Assembly (NCBI GenBank): GCA_964473995.1
Contig: CAYYRB010000005.1
Span: 3,802 to 61,485, forward strand
Direction of reading: 5' to 3'
DNA: 57,684 bases
Source of the DNA: an uncultured Candidatus Competibacteraceae bacterium
GTDB taxonomy: Bacteria > Bacteroidota > Bacteroidia > CAIKAF01
The position numbers and the translations under genes are program-made. Shown piece after piece: positions 1 through 8,636 of this stretch; position 1 is the first letter of the stretch; every line of letters starts with the position of its first letter. Under the pieces are notes generated by a model, which saw nothing but the letters and a program-made list of their open reading frames with translations, had not been told where the DNA came from and ran no database searches.

Positions 1-72
1 GACATTTATCGTCGGAAGGGCAGCGAAATTTGTCTTGGCTCTTGAATCTTGGTTCTAAAATCTAGAGTCTTC

Positions 73-1143
73 TTAAGCGATTCCCATCTGTTTCAGGTGC
101 CTCATGTGCGAAACGAAGGCTCCCGTTACGGTGGCAAACTCCATGTATTTGATGTTGAATTCCCGGCAGGTTTCTTTCAGGATTCGATTCAGCTGTGGGT
201 AATGTATGTGGCTTACGCCCGGGAAAAGGTGATGTTCCACCTGAAAATTCAGTCCGCCCATAAACCAGTTCACCAACGGATTGGATGTGGCAAAATTGGC
301 CGTGGTGCTTACCTGATGCACCGCCCACTCGGCTTCCACCGTTACCGATTCTTCTGTCAGGGGAGTGACGAATTCCGTTCCTTCTACCACATGGGCCAGC
401 TGAAAGACCACGGAGATGACCAAACCCAAAACAAAGGTGATGATGAGATACCCCACGATGGTGGGAATCACCCCGGCAAAAATCATGGGAACCACCAAGA
501 ATACGGCTACATGCACCACTTTGGAAACCCAGAAAATGATGTGCTCTTTCACCGTCATGTTGCGGATGGGCGTATAGCGGGCAATTTTTCCGCTGAAGTA
601 CTTTTTAAAGTCGCGGTAAAACACCCAGAAAAAGAACATCAGGCTGTATGCCAGCAAGGCATAGAAGTGTTGAAAACGGTGAAACCATCTCTTTTGCTGT
701 TCGGTGTGAAGCCTGAGGAAGGGATTTACGTCAATGTCGTCATCCATTCCTTCTATGTTGGTATAGGAATGGTGGTTTACATTGTGTTTCTGTTTCCAGA
801 AAAACACGTTGGCTCCCAAAAAATTCAGGGAAAGCCCCATCATCTCGTTGATTTTTTTGTTTTGAGAGTAGCTTCCGTGGGCTCCGTCGTGCATCATGTT
901 GAAACCGATGGCGGCCATGTCCAGCCCCATCACAATACAAAGCAATACTGCCAGCCACGTAGGTGGCGAAAGAAAAACCAGGGTTACGTAAACGCCCACA
1001 AAAACCAGGGAAAGAACTGCCGTTTTGGCGTACAGTTTGAAGTTTCCGGTAGGCTTGAGGTTGTGGGATTGGAAGTATGCTTCGGTCCGCATTTTCAGGG
1101 TAGCGTAAAAGTCGGCACCCCGGTTGTTGAATTTTACTTGCAT
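73..1143 (-). CDS. Membrane fatty-acid desaturase, front-end type (three His boxes HDGAHG, HNVNHH, QVEHH)
   Basis: The translation shows the three conserved histidine boxes, with Q replacing H in box 3, and several hydrophobic helices. The track ORF starts at a TTG (1167). The first ATG (1143) gives MQVKFNNRGADFY and lies 32 nt downstream of a TACCTTTG box. Confidence 0.85.
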   Translation of the reverse strand: MQVKFNNRGADFYATLKMRTEAYFQSHNLKPTGNFKLYAKTAVLSLVFVGVYVTLVFLSPPTWLAVLLCIVMGLDMAAIGFNMMHDGAHGSYSQNKKINEMMGLSLNFLGANVFFWKQKHNVNHHSYTNIEGMDDDIDVNPFLRLHTEQQKRWFHRFQHFYALLAYSLMFFFWVFYRDFKKYFSGKIARYTPIRNMTVKEHIIFWVSKVVHVAVFLVVPMIFAGVIPTIVGYLIITFVLGLVISVVFQLAHVVEGTEFVTPLTEESVTVEAEWAVHQVSTTANFATSNPLVNWFMGGLNFQVEHHLFPGVSHIHYPQLNRILKETCREFNIKYMEFATVTGAFVSHMRHLKQMGIA

Positions 1144-1174
1144 AGTGTAAAGTCGGCTTGGCGACAAGCGATAT

Positions 1175-1182
1175 CAAAGGTA
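1175..1182 (-). promoter_or_regulatory. Bacteroidota -7 promoter box TACCTTTG (TAnnTTTG) upstream of the desaturase
   Basis: The plus strand reads caaaggta, which is TACCTTTG on the minus strand. It lies 32 nt upstream of the ATG at 1143. Confidence 0.5.
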
Positions 1183-1549
1183 AGGTATTTCTCATTAACC
1201 AAACCTAAAGAAATCATAAAGTAAAGATAGACTGCATCGAAAAACGGACAGATAAAAAGGAGAAAGGATAAAGGAACAAGGGCAAAGGAGGTTTCCAAAC
1301 ATCTTCCCGAAAAGCACGTTGCGCCGGAACCTGCAACTGTACCAGCTAGCAGACAGAGTGAAGCGGTTAATCAAATATCAAGACCAGGCAAACCGAATGC
1401 CCAAATTACCCCATAGGCACTACTTTTTGCCCATTGCCTGCTCTCTTATGCATCCTGCCTTAAAAAAGGCGTAGCACTGGAATTTTAAAACCTGATATAA
1501 ATCATACCTGCTTATGACCAAAGGCATATTCTGCCTAGGTAGCCCGCTC

Positions 1550-1557
1550 TAACTTTG
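1550..1557 (+). promoter_or_regulatory. Bacteroidota -7 promoter box TAACTTTG upstream of the CBS gene
   Basis: Exact match to TAnnTTTG, ending 29 nt upstream of the ATG at 1586. Confidence 0.45.
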
Positions 1558-1585
1558 CGTTGTAATCAGTTAATGAAAAATAATC

Positions 1586-2005
1586 ATGAAAAAGAGGACT
1601 CCCGTTAAAGAGATTATGACTTCGTCCGTGAGGACGGTTCAAGTTACCGATTCCCTGAAGGATGCCAGGTATCTGATGGATAACGAATCCATTCATCATT
1701 TGCCTGTAATGCGTGGAGATTCTTTGGTGGGGATTTTAAGCGATTCAGATTTTAATCGTCTTAATTTTGCCACATTGTTCAACAAAGAGGATAATAAAAG
1801 TGAGCAGGCGTTGCTCGAAACGCTTACCATTGAGCAGTTGATGACCTTTAAGCCGGTTACTGTGGAACCCACCGCCACCATAAAAGAGGTAACCGACATT
1901 TTCAGGCAGGAGCATTTCCGTGCACTCCCCGTTTCTGAAAACGGCAAGCCCGTGGGTATTGTAACGGTAACCGATGTGCTGGAATTTCTCTCTGAGCATA
2001 TGTAG
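1586..2005 (+). CDS. CBS-domain pair protein
   Basis: The 139-aa protein has two CBS-like repeats (HHLPVMRGDSLVGILSDSD and FRALPVSENGKPVGIVTVTDV). A strong terminator follows. Confidence 0.85.
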   Translation: MKKRTPVKEIMTSSVRTVQVTDSLKDARYLMDNESIHHLPVMRGDSLVGILSDSDFNRLNFATLFNKEDNKSEQALLETLTIEQLMTFKPVTVEPTATIKEVTDIFRQEHFRALPVSENGKPVGIVTVTDVLEFLSEHM

Positions 2006-2044
2006 TTTCATAGGTGTTTAAAATAGAGTGTAGTTTGTGTGTTT

Positions 2045-2075
2045 CGCGGCGGCCTCCGGGCCGTCGCGTTTTTTT
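2045..2075 (+). terminator. Rho-independent terminator after the CBS gene
   Basis: A 10-bp GC-rich stem (cgcggcggcc / ggccgtcgcg, one G-U pair) with loop tccg is followed by a T7 tract. Confidence 0.8.
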
Positions 2076-2169
2076 GCCGGGATTAAAATAGCACAACACA
2101 CAGTTGTTTCAGGTTTCACTCCGGTAAGCGGGCTCTTTGGAGTTAGAGAATCAGCGATTACTGAATAAA

Positions 2170-3432
2170 TCAGGTTTTCTGTTTTTTCTTTTTAGCTGCC
2201 GGAAACAGTACGTTGTTTAGAATGAGTCGGTATCCGGCCGAGTTGGGAAAAAGGGCCAGATCAGTGGGCGGATCGCCCACCATATGTTGGTAATCTTCGG
2301 GATCATGCCCTCCGTAAAATGTCCAGAACCCTTTGCCGAATTCCCCGTGAATGTACCGTGCTTCATCGGCGGCTTTATTTTCCCCCAGAATCAGCACGTT
2401 CGATTTGATGACGGGCTTGCGGAAAGCGGTAGTCTGGCCCATAAAGCCGGGAATGATACGCTCGTGGCTTTGGGTAAGCATGGTTGGTACGGGATCCCAC
2501 TTGGCAGAAAAATCGAACAGGGTGAAAAAGTCCTGCGTTTGAGCTACCCGGCGGTAGGTGGTGGCATCAATGTTTGAATATTCGTATTCGGCGGGGTTTC
2601 TCACCAGCATGAAATCGCGGAAAGCAAAGGTTTTATTGAAGTCAATTTTTTGTTGGGCCTGCGGATCCATCGGGTCCCCGTCAAACATGTGTTCGCAGAT
2701 GTCTACCCCGTCGGCGGATAGCGAAATGTCATAACTGTCTGTCGCACTGCACATGGCAAACATGAATCCTCCGCCGGCCACGTATTTTTGAATTTCTTTG
2801 GAAACGGCCAATTTGAGCTGGCTTACTTTGTTGAATCCCCACTTTGCGGCAAGAGCCTCCAGGGTACGCACCTGTTCCTGATACCAGTCGGCATTGCGGT
2901 AGGCGCTCCAAAACTTGCCGTATTGCCCGGTAAAATCTTCGTGGTGAAGGTGGAGCCAGTTATACAAAGGTAATTTACCTTCCAGGATTTCGTTGTCGTA
3001 GATGACATCATACGGGATTTCCGCATAGGTGAGAACCAAAGTGACGGCATCATCCCAGGGTGCTTTTTCTTTGGGTGAATACACGGCAATTTTCGGCGCC
3101 TTTTCCATTTTTACCGCGTCCATATTCACTTCCGGATCGGCTATTTCGGTCAGTATGGCGGTTGAGCGTGAATCTGCGATCAATTCGTAGCTCACCCCGC
3201 GTATGTTCATTTCTTTCTCGGTGGCGGAAGCATGTTTGAATAGGAAGCTGCCCCCGCGGTAATTAAGCAGCCACCAGATCTCCACATCATTTTGCAAAAC
3301 CCAGTAGGCAATTCCGTAGGCCTTCAGGTGATTTTTCTGATCCTCATCCATGGGAATCAGGATATAGGAAGCGTTGGTGCGGAATGCCAATGCTAAAAGA
3401 AGGAATACCGAAAAGAAATGCTTATATCGCAT
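2170..3432 (-). CDS. Conserved secreted protein of unknown function (signal peptide, 420 aa)
   Basis: Long ORF with an N-terminal signal peptide (MRYKHFFSVFLLLALAFRTNAS). I recognise no catalytic motif. From memory, similar Bacteroidota proteins are often loosely labelled asparagine synthetase B-like. Confidence 0.8.
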   Translation of the reverse strand: MRYKHFFSVFLLLALAFRTNASYILIPMDEDQKNHLKAYGIAYWVLQNDVEIWWLLNYRGGSFLFKHASATEKEMNIRGVSYELIADSRSTAILTEIADPEVNMDAVKMEKAPKIAVYSPKEKAPWDDAVTLVLTYAEIPYDVIYDNEILEGKLPLYNWLHLHHEDFTGQYGKFWSAYRNADWYQEQVRTLEALAAKWGFNKVSQLKLAVSKEIQKYVAGGGFMFAMCSATDSYDISLSADGVDICEHMFDGDPMDPQAQQKIDFNKTFAFRDFMLVRNPAEYEYSNIDATTYRRVAQTQDFFTLFDFSAKWDPVPTMLTQSHERIIPGFMGQTTAFRKPVIKSNVLILGENKAADEARYIHGEFGKGFWTFYGGHDPEDYQHMVGDPPTDLALFPNSAGYRLILNNVLFPAAKKKKQKT

Positions 3433-3482
3433 AAATGCCGAAATATACCTGTCAGTAACGAAAAAAACAGGTTTATGTTGTT

Positions 3483-5009
3483 TTAGAAGGGTGTCATGCT
3501 GTCTTCATCATTCATTTTTGAAGGCAGGCTGAATGTATCGAACTGAGTACTTGCTTCGCCGTTAAAATCGCTGACAGATCCTCCGTGTTGTATCTCGCTT
3601 AAATTTTCGAAGCGTGCCAATTCTTGCCGGAAGTGAAGTTTCACATTTCCCACGGCCCCATTTCGGTGTTTTCGTATGATAATTTCAGCGATTCCATGGG
3701 TAGAGTTTCCTTCGTCGTCTTCGGTGAGTTCATAGTATTCCGGACGGAAAATAAACATCACCATATCAGCATCCTGTTCGATGGATCCGGACTCCCTCAG
3801 GTCGCTCAGTTGCGGCCGCTTGTCAAATCCTGTTCGGCCCTCAGATGCACGGCTGAGCTGGGATAGGGCGATGATAGGTATTTGGAGTTCCTTGGCAATT
3901 CCTTTCAGTGAGCGTGAAATGGCGGAAATTTCCTGTTCCCGGGTACCCCTGCCTTCTGATCCGGCTGTCATGAGCTGCAGGTAGTCCACAATAATCAGCT
4001 CTATATTGTGCATGGCACGCAATTTTCTCGCTTTGGCCCGGAATTCAAATATGGAAAGAGCAGCGGTATCGTCAATGAATATTTTTGCTTCAGCCAGGTG
4101 CGCTATTTTTTCGTGCAGGATTCTCCATTCTCCTTCTTCAAGCTTTCCCTTTTTTATTTTTTCTGAGTTGATACCCGTCTCCAACGCAATCAAGCGATTT
4201 ACCAATTGGAGTGAGCTCATTTCCAGTGAAAAAATGGCTGCCGGCCTTCTGTTTTGCACCGCGGCGTTTCTAAGCAGGCAAAGCGAGAGTGCCGTTTTTC
4301 CCATGGAAGGCCTGGCGGCCAGAATGATAAGGTCGGTAGGTTGCCAACCGGAGGTGATGCGATCCAAATCGAAAAAACCGCTTTCGACCCCCGTGATTCC
4401 TTCCTTTTTTTCTTCTTTCAGGCGTTCCATTTCCTTCACGGCTTTTTCGAGCAGCATTTGGATGCTGTCAAAACCTTTGCGGATATTGTTTTCGGCAATT
4501 TCAAACACTTTTTTTTCCGCGGAATCCATCAGGTCGAATGTATCCACCGTTTCATCGAATGAGTCCTGTAGAATTTCTCCGGAAACACGGATTAACTCTC
4601 TTTTTATGAATTTTTCGGCAATCACACGTGAATGATACTCCACATTGGCTGCAGATCCCACCCGGCTGGTGAGCCAAGCCACATAATATGCCCCGCCCAC
4701 GATTTCAAGATTTCCGTTTTTTCGAAGTTCGTTGGTAACCGAAAGAATATCTACGGGTTCGGTTCTTCCAAAAAGGTCTTTGATGGCTTCGTAGATTTTT
4801 TGGTGCGCTTCCTTGTAGAAATAATTTGGCTGGAGAATTTCACTTACGGTAGCAACGGCTTCTTTTTCTAACATTACCGCTCCCAAAACGGCCTCTTCCA
4901 AATCAAGTGCCTGTGGCGGTATTTTGCCTATTTCCAACCCTTCTGCAGGATTTTTTACGCGTGGACCTCTTTTCCGGTCCTGTTTTGCTTTTTCTGAATT
5001 GTTTTCCAT
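3483..5009 (-). CDS. dnaB: Replicative DNA helicase DnaB
   Basis: Walker A motif ARPSMGKT, the IIVDYLQLM motif, the N-terminal motif PPQALDLEEAVLGAVM, and a length of 508 aa. Confidence 0.97.
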   Translation of the reverse strand: MENNSEKAKQDRKRGPRVKNPAEGLEIGKIPPQALDLEEAVLGAVMLEKEAVATVSEILQPNYFYKEAHQKIYEAIKDLFGRTEPVDILSVTNELRKNGNLEIVGGAYYVAWLTSRVGSAANVEYHSRVIAEKFIKRELIRVSGEILQDSFDETVDTFDLMDSAEKKVFEIAENNIRKGFDSIQMLLEKAVKEMERLKEEKKEGITGVESGFFDLDRITSGWQPTDLIILAARPSMGKTALSLCLLRNAAVQNRRPAAIFSLEMSSLQLVNRLIALETGINSEKIKKGKLEEGEWRILHEKIAHLAEAKIFIDDTAALSIFEFRAKARKLRAMHNIELIIVDYLQLMTAGSEGRGTREQEISAISRSLKGIAKELQIPIIALSQLSRASEGRTGFDKRPQLSDLRESGSIEQDADMVMFIFRPEYYELTEDDEGNSTHGIAEIIIRKHRNGAVGNVKLHFRQELARFENLSEIQHGGSVSDFNGEASTQFDTFSLPSKMNDEDSMTPF

Positions 5010-5161
5010 ACCCCCACAAATTTATCTTAACGATTCGATTTTATCAGGTATACTTTCAAATAAAAGTTTTTAAAATTTGTTTGTGGGTTTTTAACAGAGG
5101 TTTGACCGAACGTACAATTTAAAAACCCGGATTTGGTTACCTTTACCCACTCAATATACGA

Positions 5162-5680
5162 ATGGATATGGCACGTTTTCAGGTAAAACATGGGGATAAA
5201 AGCTGGTCTGTAAATACGGATGGTGAATCAGGCAGTATCTACGTGGATGGTAAACCCATAGCTGCCGAGGTGACTGAAGTTACTGAACATTATCGAAAGA
5301 TAACTTTAAACGGAGTTGTGCATCATGTTCTATTTGAGTCTTTTGATAAGACCGAGAAAAAGATTGTACTGCGTGTGAACGGTGAGCGAAAAGAGTTTTC
5401 GGTAAAGGACAGGAACGATGAACAACTTGCCCAGTTTGGCATTCAGGCTTTTCCTACCCCAAAAGTGAATGAATTGAAATCTCCCATGCCGGGGTTGGTT
5501 CTTAAGATTGAGGCAAATCCGGGTGACGTGCTTCAGAAAGGTGATCCGATTTTGGTACTGGAAGCCATGAAAATGGAAAATGTATTAAAGGCTCCCGCCG
5601 ACGTGAAGGTGAAGGAAATTCTTGTGAAATCGGGCCAGGCGGTTGAAAAAAATGCAGTTTTGGTTAAGTTTCAATCTTAA
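5162..5680 (+). CDS. Biotin/lipoyl-attachment domain protein (biotin carboxyl carrier-like)
   Basis: The C-terminal domain carries the biotinylation motif EAMKMEN. Length is 172 aa. Confidence 0.85.
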   Translation: MDMARFQVKHGDKSWSVNTDGESGSIYVDGKPIAAEVTEVTEHYRKITLNGVVHHVLFESFDKTEKKIVLRVNGERKEFSVKDRNDEQLAQFGIQAFPTPKVNELKSPMPGLVLKIEANPGDVLQKGDPILVLEAMKMENVLKAPADVKVKEILVKSGQAVEKNAVLVKFQS

Positions 5681-5868
5681 ATGAAAATCTCATCCTCCGG
5701 ATTTTCAATTTTATAAAATCCCTTGTGTCCACAGGAGGTGCAAATCAATTTATGATGATGTCGTAAATATGGAATGACCAGTTGAACGAACTTGTCTAAC
5801 GGACCGCGTCGGGTTTTGGCCAACGGCTCTTTCCCACATTTACTACAGGTTTTTTTAAACTGATACAT
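5677..5868 (-). CDS. Small zinc-ribbon protein (CxxC...CxxC)
   Basis: The translation contains CSKCG and CTSCG pairs. The track ORF extends to 5904, but the internal Met (MYQFKKTCSKCG) at 5868 is more plausible. The gene converges on the carrier-protein gene with a 4-nt overlap. Confidence 0.45.
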   Translation of the reverse strand: MYQFKKTCSKCGKEPLAKTRRGPLDKFVQLVIPYLRHHHKLICTSCGHKGFYKIENPEDEIFI

Positions 5869-5928
5869 AGGAGAATTATTATGCTGGACAAAAGATATTG
5901 TCAAATTTAAATTTTTTTTATGAATAAA

Positions 5929-6501
5929 TTAAATTTTTTCAATTCTTTTGAAAAGCAATCTGGAAATTGCTTCGAATAGGACTTCAGGTGGCTTGCCCCT
6001 CCAATTTAAATGAGTCAATTCCATGTTAAGGTGTAAGTATACTCCTATACCATATTGAATGAACTCATCCGAAACGTGAGGCTGAAAATTAATTCCCACA
6101 ATCCAGCCTCCCGGACAGTCCTCTATCCATTCCGCATAGTAATCATCTTCTTCCGGGAATGCATTCAACACCTGCTCTCCAATGAGGATGAATTTGCGTA
6201 TTCCCTGTTCAAGTAAGCAATCCGCAAAATCCCTTTTTAAAAATAAGATGTCATTGTGTACTGCATCATTCCATTCTCCTATCAATTCAATGATGCAATA
6301 TCCCTTCTCATAATCGGCAAAAAGCAATTTCAAATATAGGGTAGGAGAGCCGAATTCATCCCACTGCGGATGCAGATAATACCCGTATATTTCGTTGTGA
6401 CAGCTAAATTCGCTGTATTCCCTTCCGTAAAAGGGAGATCGGTGATCAAATTCCGCACGGTATAATTCCCGCCATCCGTCGTAAGGTTCAATATCGTGCA
6501 T
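5929..6501 (-). CDS. Conserved hypothetical protein (about 190 aa)
   Basis: Clean ORF. I chose the start at MHDIEPYDGW (6501) because the longer track ORF would run into the divergent deaminase gene. Confidence 0.7.
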   Translation of the reverse strand: MHDIEPYDGWRELYRAEFDHRSPFYGREYSEFSCHNEIYGYYLHPQWDEFGSPTLYLKLLFADYEKGYCIIELIGEWNDAVHNDILFLKRDFADCLLEQGIRKFILIGEQVLNAFPEEDDYYAEWIEDCPGGWIVGINFQPHVSDEFIQYGIGVYLHLNMELTHLNWRGKPPEVLFEAISRLLFKRIEKI

Positions 6502-6547
6502 ACTTTTGTAGGTGAACAAATATACCCTTCCTGCAACATTTAATTTT

Positions 6548-7030
6548 ATGTTTAACAAAGACTTAATCCTAAAAAGGTTGGAAGAAGCCCTGAATCTGGC
6601 TTTGAGCAACGTAAGAGAGAAGAACGGTGGTCCTTTCGGTTGCGTAATCTATAAAGAGGGAATTAAAATTGCCGAAGGGGTAAATCGGGTTACCTCCCGT
6701 AATGATCCCACGGCCCATGCGGAAGTTGAAGCAATCAGGTCGGCCTGTCTTACGTTGGACTCCTGGCAACTTGAGGGTTGTGAGATCTATGCCAGCAGTG
6801 AACCCTGTGCCATGTGCACGGCAGCTATCTTGTGGGCCCGGCCTAAAGCGGTTTATTTTGCGAATTCGCTTCAGGTAGCCGCCAGGTTTGGGTTTGATGA
6901 TTCATATATTGCGCGCCAGGTTGCTGAGCCCTTTCAGCAGAGAACCATTCCATTTGTGTGTTTAACGGTGCCTGAATCCGAAAGTCCGTTTACTGAGTGG
7001 GAGAATAATCCGTCTAAAATTCCGTATTGA
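6548..7030 (+). CDS. CDA-fold nucleoside/nucleotide deaminase (guanine deaminase or TadA-like)
   Basis: Zinc motifs HAEVEAI and PCAMCTAAI are present. I chose the start at MFNKDL (6548), downstream of the divergent gene. Confidence 0.85.
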   Translation: MFNKDLILKRLEEALNLALSNVREKNGGPFGCVIYKEGIKIAEGVNRVTSRNDPTAHAEVEAIRSACLTLDSWQLEGCEIYASSEPCAMCTAAILWARPKAVYFANSLQVAARFGFDDSYIARQVAEPFQQRTIPFVCLTVPESESPFTEWENNPSKIPY

Positions 7031-7033
7031 ATC

Positions 7034-7369
7034 ATGAAAACGATTTTACTTTTAGTTGTTTCCAACGTGTTTATGACGTTTGCCTGGTATGCCCATCTCA
7101 AATACACGGAAATTCCGCTTTGGAAGGCTGTTTTGGCCAGTTGGGGAATTGCCTTTTTTGAGTACATGCTTATGGTTCCCGCCAACCGTATGGGGTTTTT
7201 CAGCGGTCAGTTTTCGGCTGCCCAGCTCAAGATTACCCAGGAAGCGGTAACCCTTTTCGTTTTTGCCCTTTTTTCCGTCTTGTACTTAAAGGAAAAATGG
7301 ACCTGGAATTACCTTGCCGCCTTCGTATGTATTCTCTTAGCAGTCTATTTTATTTTCAGAGGCAGGTAA
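7034..7369 (+). CDS. Small DMT-superfamily membrane protein (DUF486-like)
   Basis: 111 aa with three to four hydrophobic helices. The N-terminus MKTILLLVVSNVFMTFAWYAHLK is typical of this family. Confidence 0.8.
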   Translation: MKTILLLVVSNVFMTFAWYAHLKYTEIPLWKAVLASWGIAFFEYMLMVPANRMGFFSGQFSAAQLKITQEAVTLFVFALFSVLYLKEKWTWNYLAAFVCILLAVYFIFRGR

Positions 7370-8138
7370 GTGCTTCTTTGAGGTAAAATGGCTGCGTGAG
7401 TTCCTTATACTCTTCCGAATATGTTCCTTTCTCCGATCTTAAAACCAGTTCAGGTTCTGTAATCAGGTCTTCTTTTACGGGGGACCATTCGGAAAGTATG
7501 CGTGTTTTGTTGCCTATCCCCGGTTTTGGAAAGACAGTTCGGCTTCTTTTGAGAAAAAGATTATTTTGGGACAATTCTGCTGAAAAAGCGGTCCATTCTT
7601 TTTCGGGCAATATGCACCCGAAGATACCTTCCGCTTTTAGCAACCGTGAAATTTGCCGGGCCAATGTTTTGAAGCCGTCGGCTTCCATGTGTCGTGCATT
7701 GTTCTTTCTGCTTTCAGGACCCGGCAGGGCCCCGCTGAAGTAAGGAGGATTAGACACGATGTAATCAAAAGGCTTTTCGATATGAAAGTCCTGAAAATTG
7801 GTATTTATCGCTTTTAGTCTATCAGACCAGGGGGAATGCCTGAAGTTTTCCTGTGCCTCGTAGAGTGAATCCTCATCCGAGTCAATTCCGATGATTTGTG
7901 CATCAGGATTTTTTTGCGCGCTCATCAGCGCCAAAAGCCCGGTTCCGGTACCGATATCTAATATGGATGTGGCTTTTTCGCAGGAAATCCATGCGCCCAA
8001 TACTACGCTGTCAGTGCCGACCTTAAAGGCTGACTTTTCTTGAAAAACAGTGAAATGCTGAAATCGGAACGGGTTACTCACCTGAAAATAATTCCAATAA
8101 TCCTTCCGGACAACGGGTGTGAATTTTTCGTTCCGCAT
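7356..8138 (-). CDS. tRNA (adenine-N6)-methyltransferase-like SAM-dependent methyltransferase (TrmN6/YfiC family)
   Basis: SAM motif DIGTGTGLLAL and the NPPY motif (SNPPYF). The ATG at 8138 overlaps rimM by 65 nt. A GTG at 8081, within GTGAGTAA overlapping the rimM stop, gives MSNPFRFQHF and may be the true start. Confidence 0.85.
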   Translation of the reverse strand: MRNEKFTPVVRKDYWNYFQVSNPFRFQHFTVFQEKSAFKVGTDSVVLGAWISCEKATSILDIGTGTGLLALMSAQKNPDAQIIGIDSDEDSLYEAQENFRHSPWSDRLKAINTNFQDFHIEKPFDYIVSNPPYFSGALPGPESRKNNARHMEADGFKTLARQISRLLKAEGIFGCILPEKEWTAFSAELSQNNLFLKRSRTVFPKPGIGNKTRILSEWSPVKEDLITEPELVLRSEKGTYSEEYKELTQPFYLKEALTCL

Positions 8139-8598
8139 GGTTTATTTGGTAAACCACCTGTGGAATGACAAAAGGAATGAGAATCTCATGTTTTTCGCCT
8201 TTGATGCATAGGGTTTCCTGGCTTCCGGATGCAAGCACCTCGGTCACCCTTCCCAGCAAACCACTATCTTCATCTATCACCTCATATCCTACTATGCGGT
8301 CTGAGGAGTCGGGGGAGTGCTTTGGCTCCATTTCTCGTGGCAGAAGTAAACTTGATCCTTTCAGCGATTCCGCCTGTTCGGGAGTGTCAATTCCTTCCAG
8401 TTTCAAATAAAGAAGGTCACCCTTGGCCGATAGACTTTCTATCAAAAACGGGACGGCATTTCCCTGTCGATCCAAGAAAAGTACTTCCCCGGATTTCGGA
8501 AACAGGAGAGGCTCCACCTTGATTTTTGCCGTAACGGCACCTTTGAGGCCGTGGGGTTTAATAATGAAACCCGGAGAGAAACAATCGCTTGCTTTCAT
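8074..8598 (-). CDS. rimM: 16S rRNA processing protein RimM
   Basis: 174 aa with N-terminal GFIIKPHGLKGAV and a PRC-barrel-like C-terminus. It lies directly downstream of rpsP, the classic arrangement. Confidence 0.9.
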   Translation of the reverse strand: MKASDCFSPGFIIKPHGLKGAVTAKIKVEPLLFPKSGEVLFLDRQGNAVPFLIESLSAKGDLLYLKLEGIDTPEQAESLKGSSLLLPREMEPKHSPDSSDRIVGYEVIDEDSGLLGRVTEVLASGSQETLCIKGEKHEILIPFVIPQVVYQINHAERKIHTRCPEGLLELFSGE

Positions 8599-8636
8599 CC
8601 GGGTTTACAAGTGTATTGAACAAAACAAAATCAACG

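Noticed and set aside
49-1224. 391-aa plus-strand ORF
   Set aside because: It is entirely antisense to the desaturase gene, whose translation has clear His boxes. The plus-strand product is His/Gly/Val-rich mirror noise with no motifs.
4006-4635. 209-aa plus-strand ORF inside dnaB
   Set aside because: Antisense to an unambiguous DnaB. The product is Ser/Phe-rich and low in complexity.
5017-5024. TAAATTTG box on the minus strand upstream of dnaB
   Set aside because: It matches TAnnTTTG but ends only about 8 nt from the ATG. That would imply an essentially leaderless mRNA, which is too uncertain to call.
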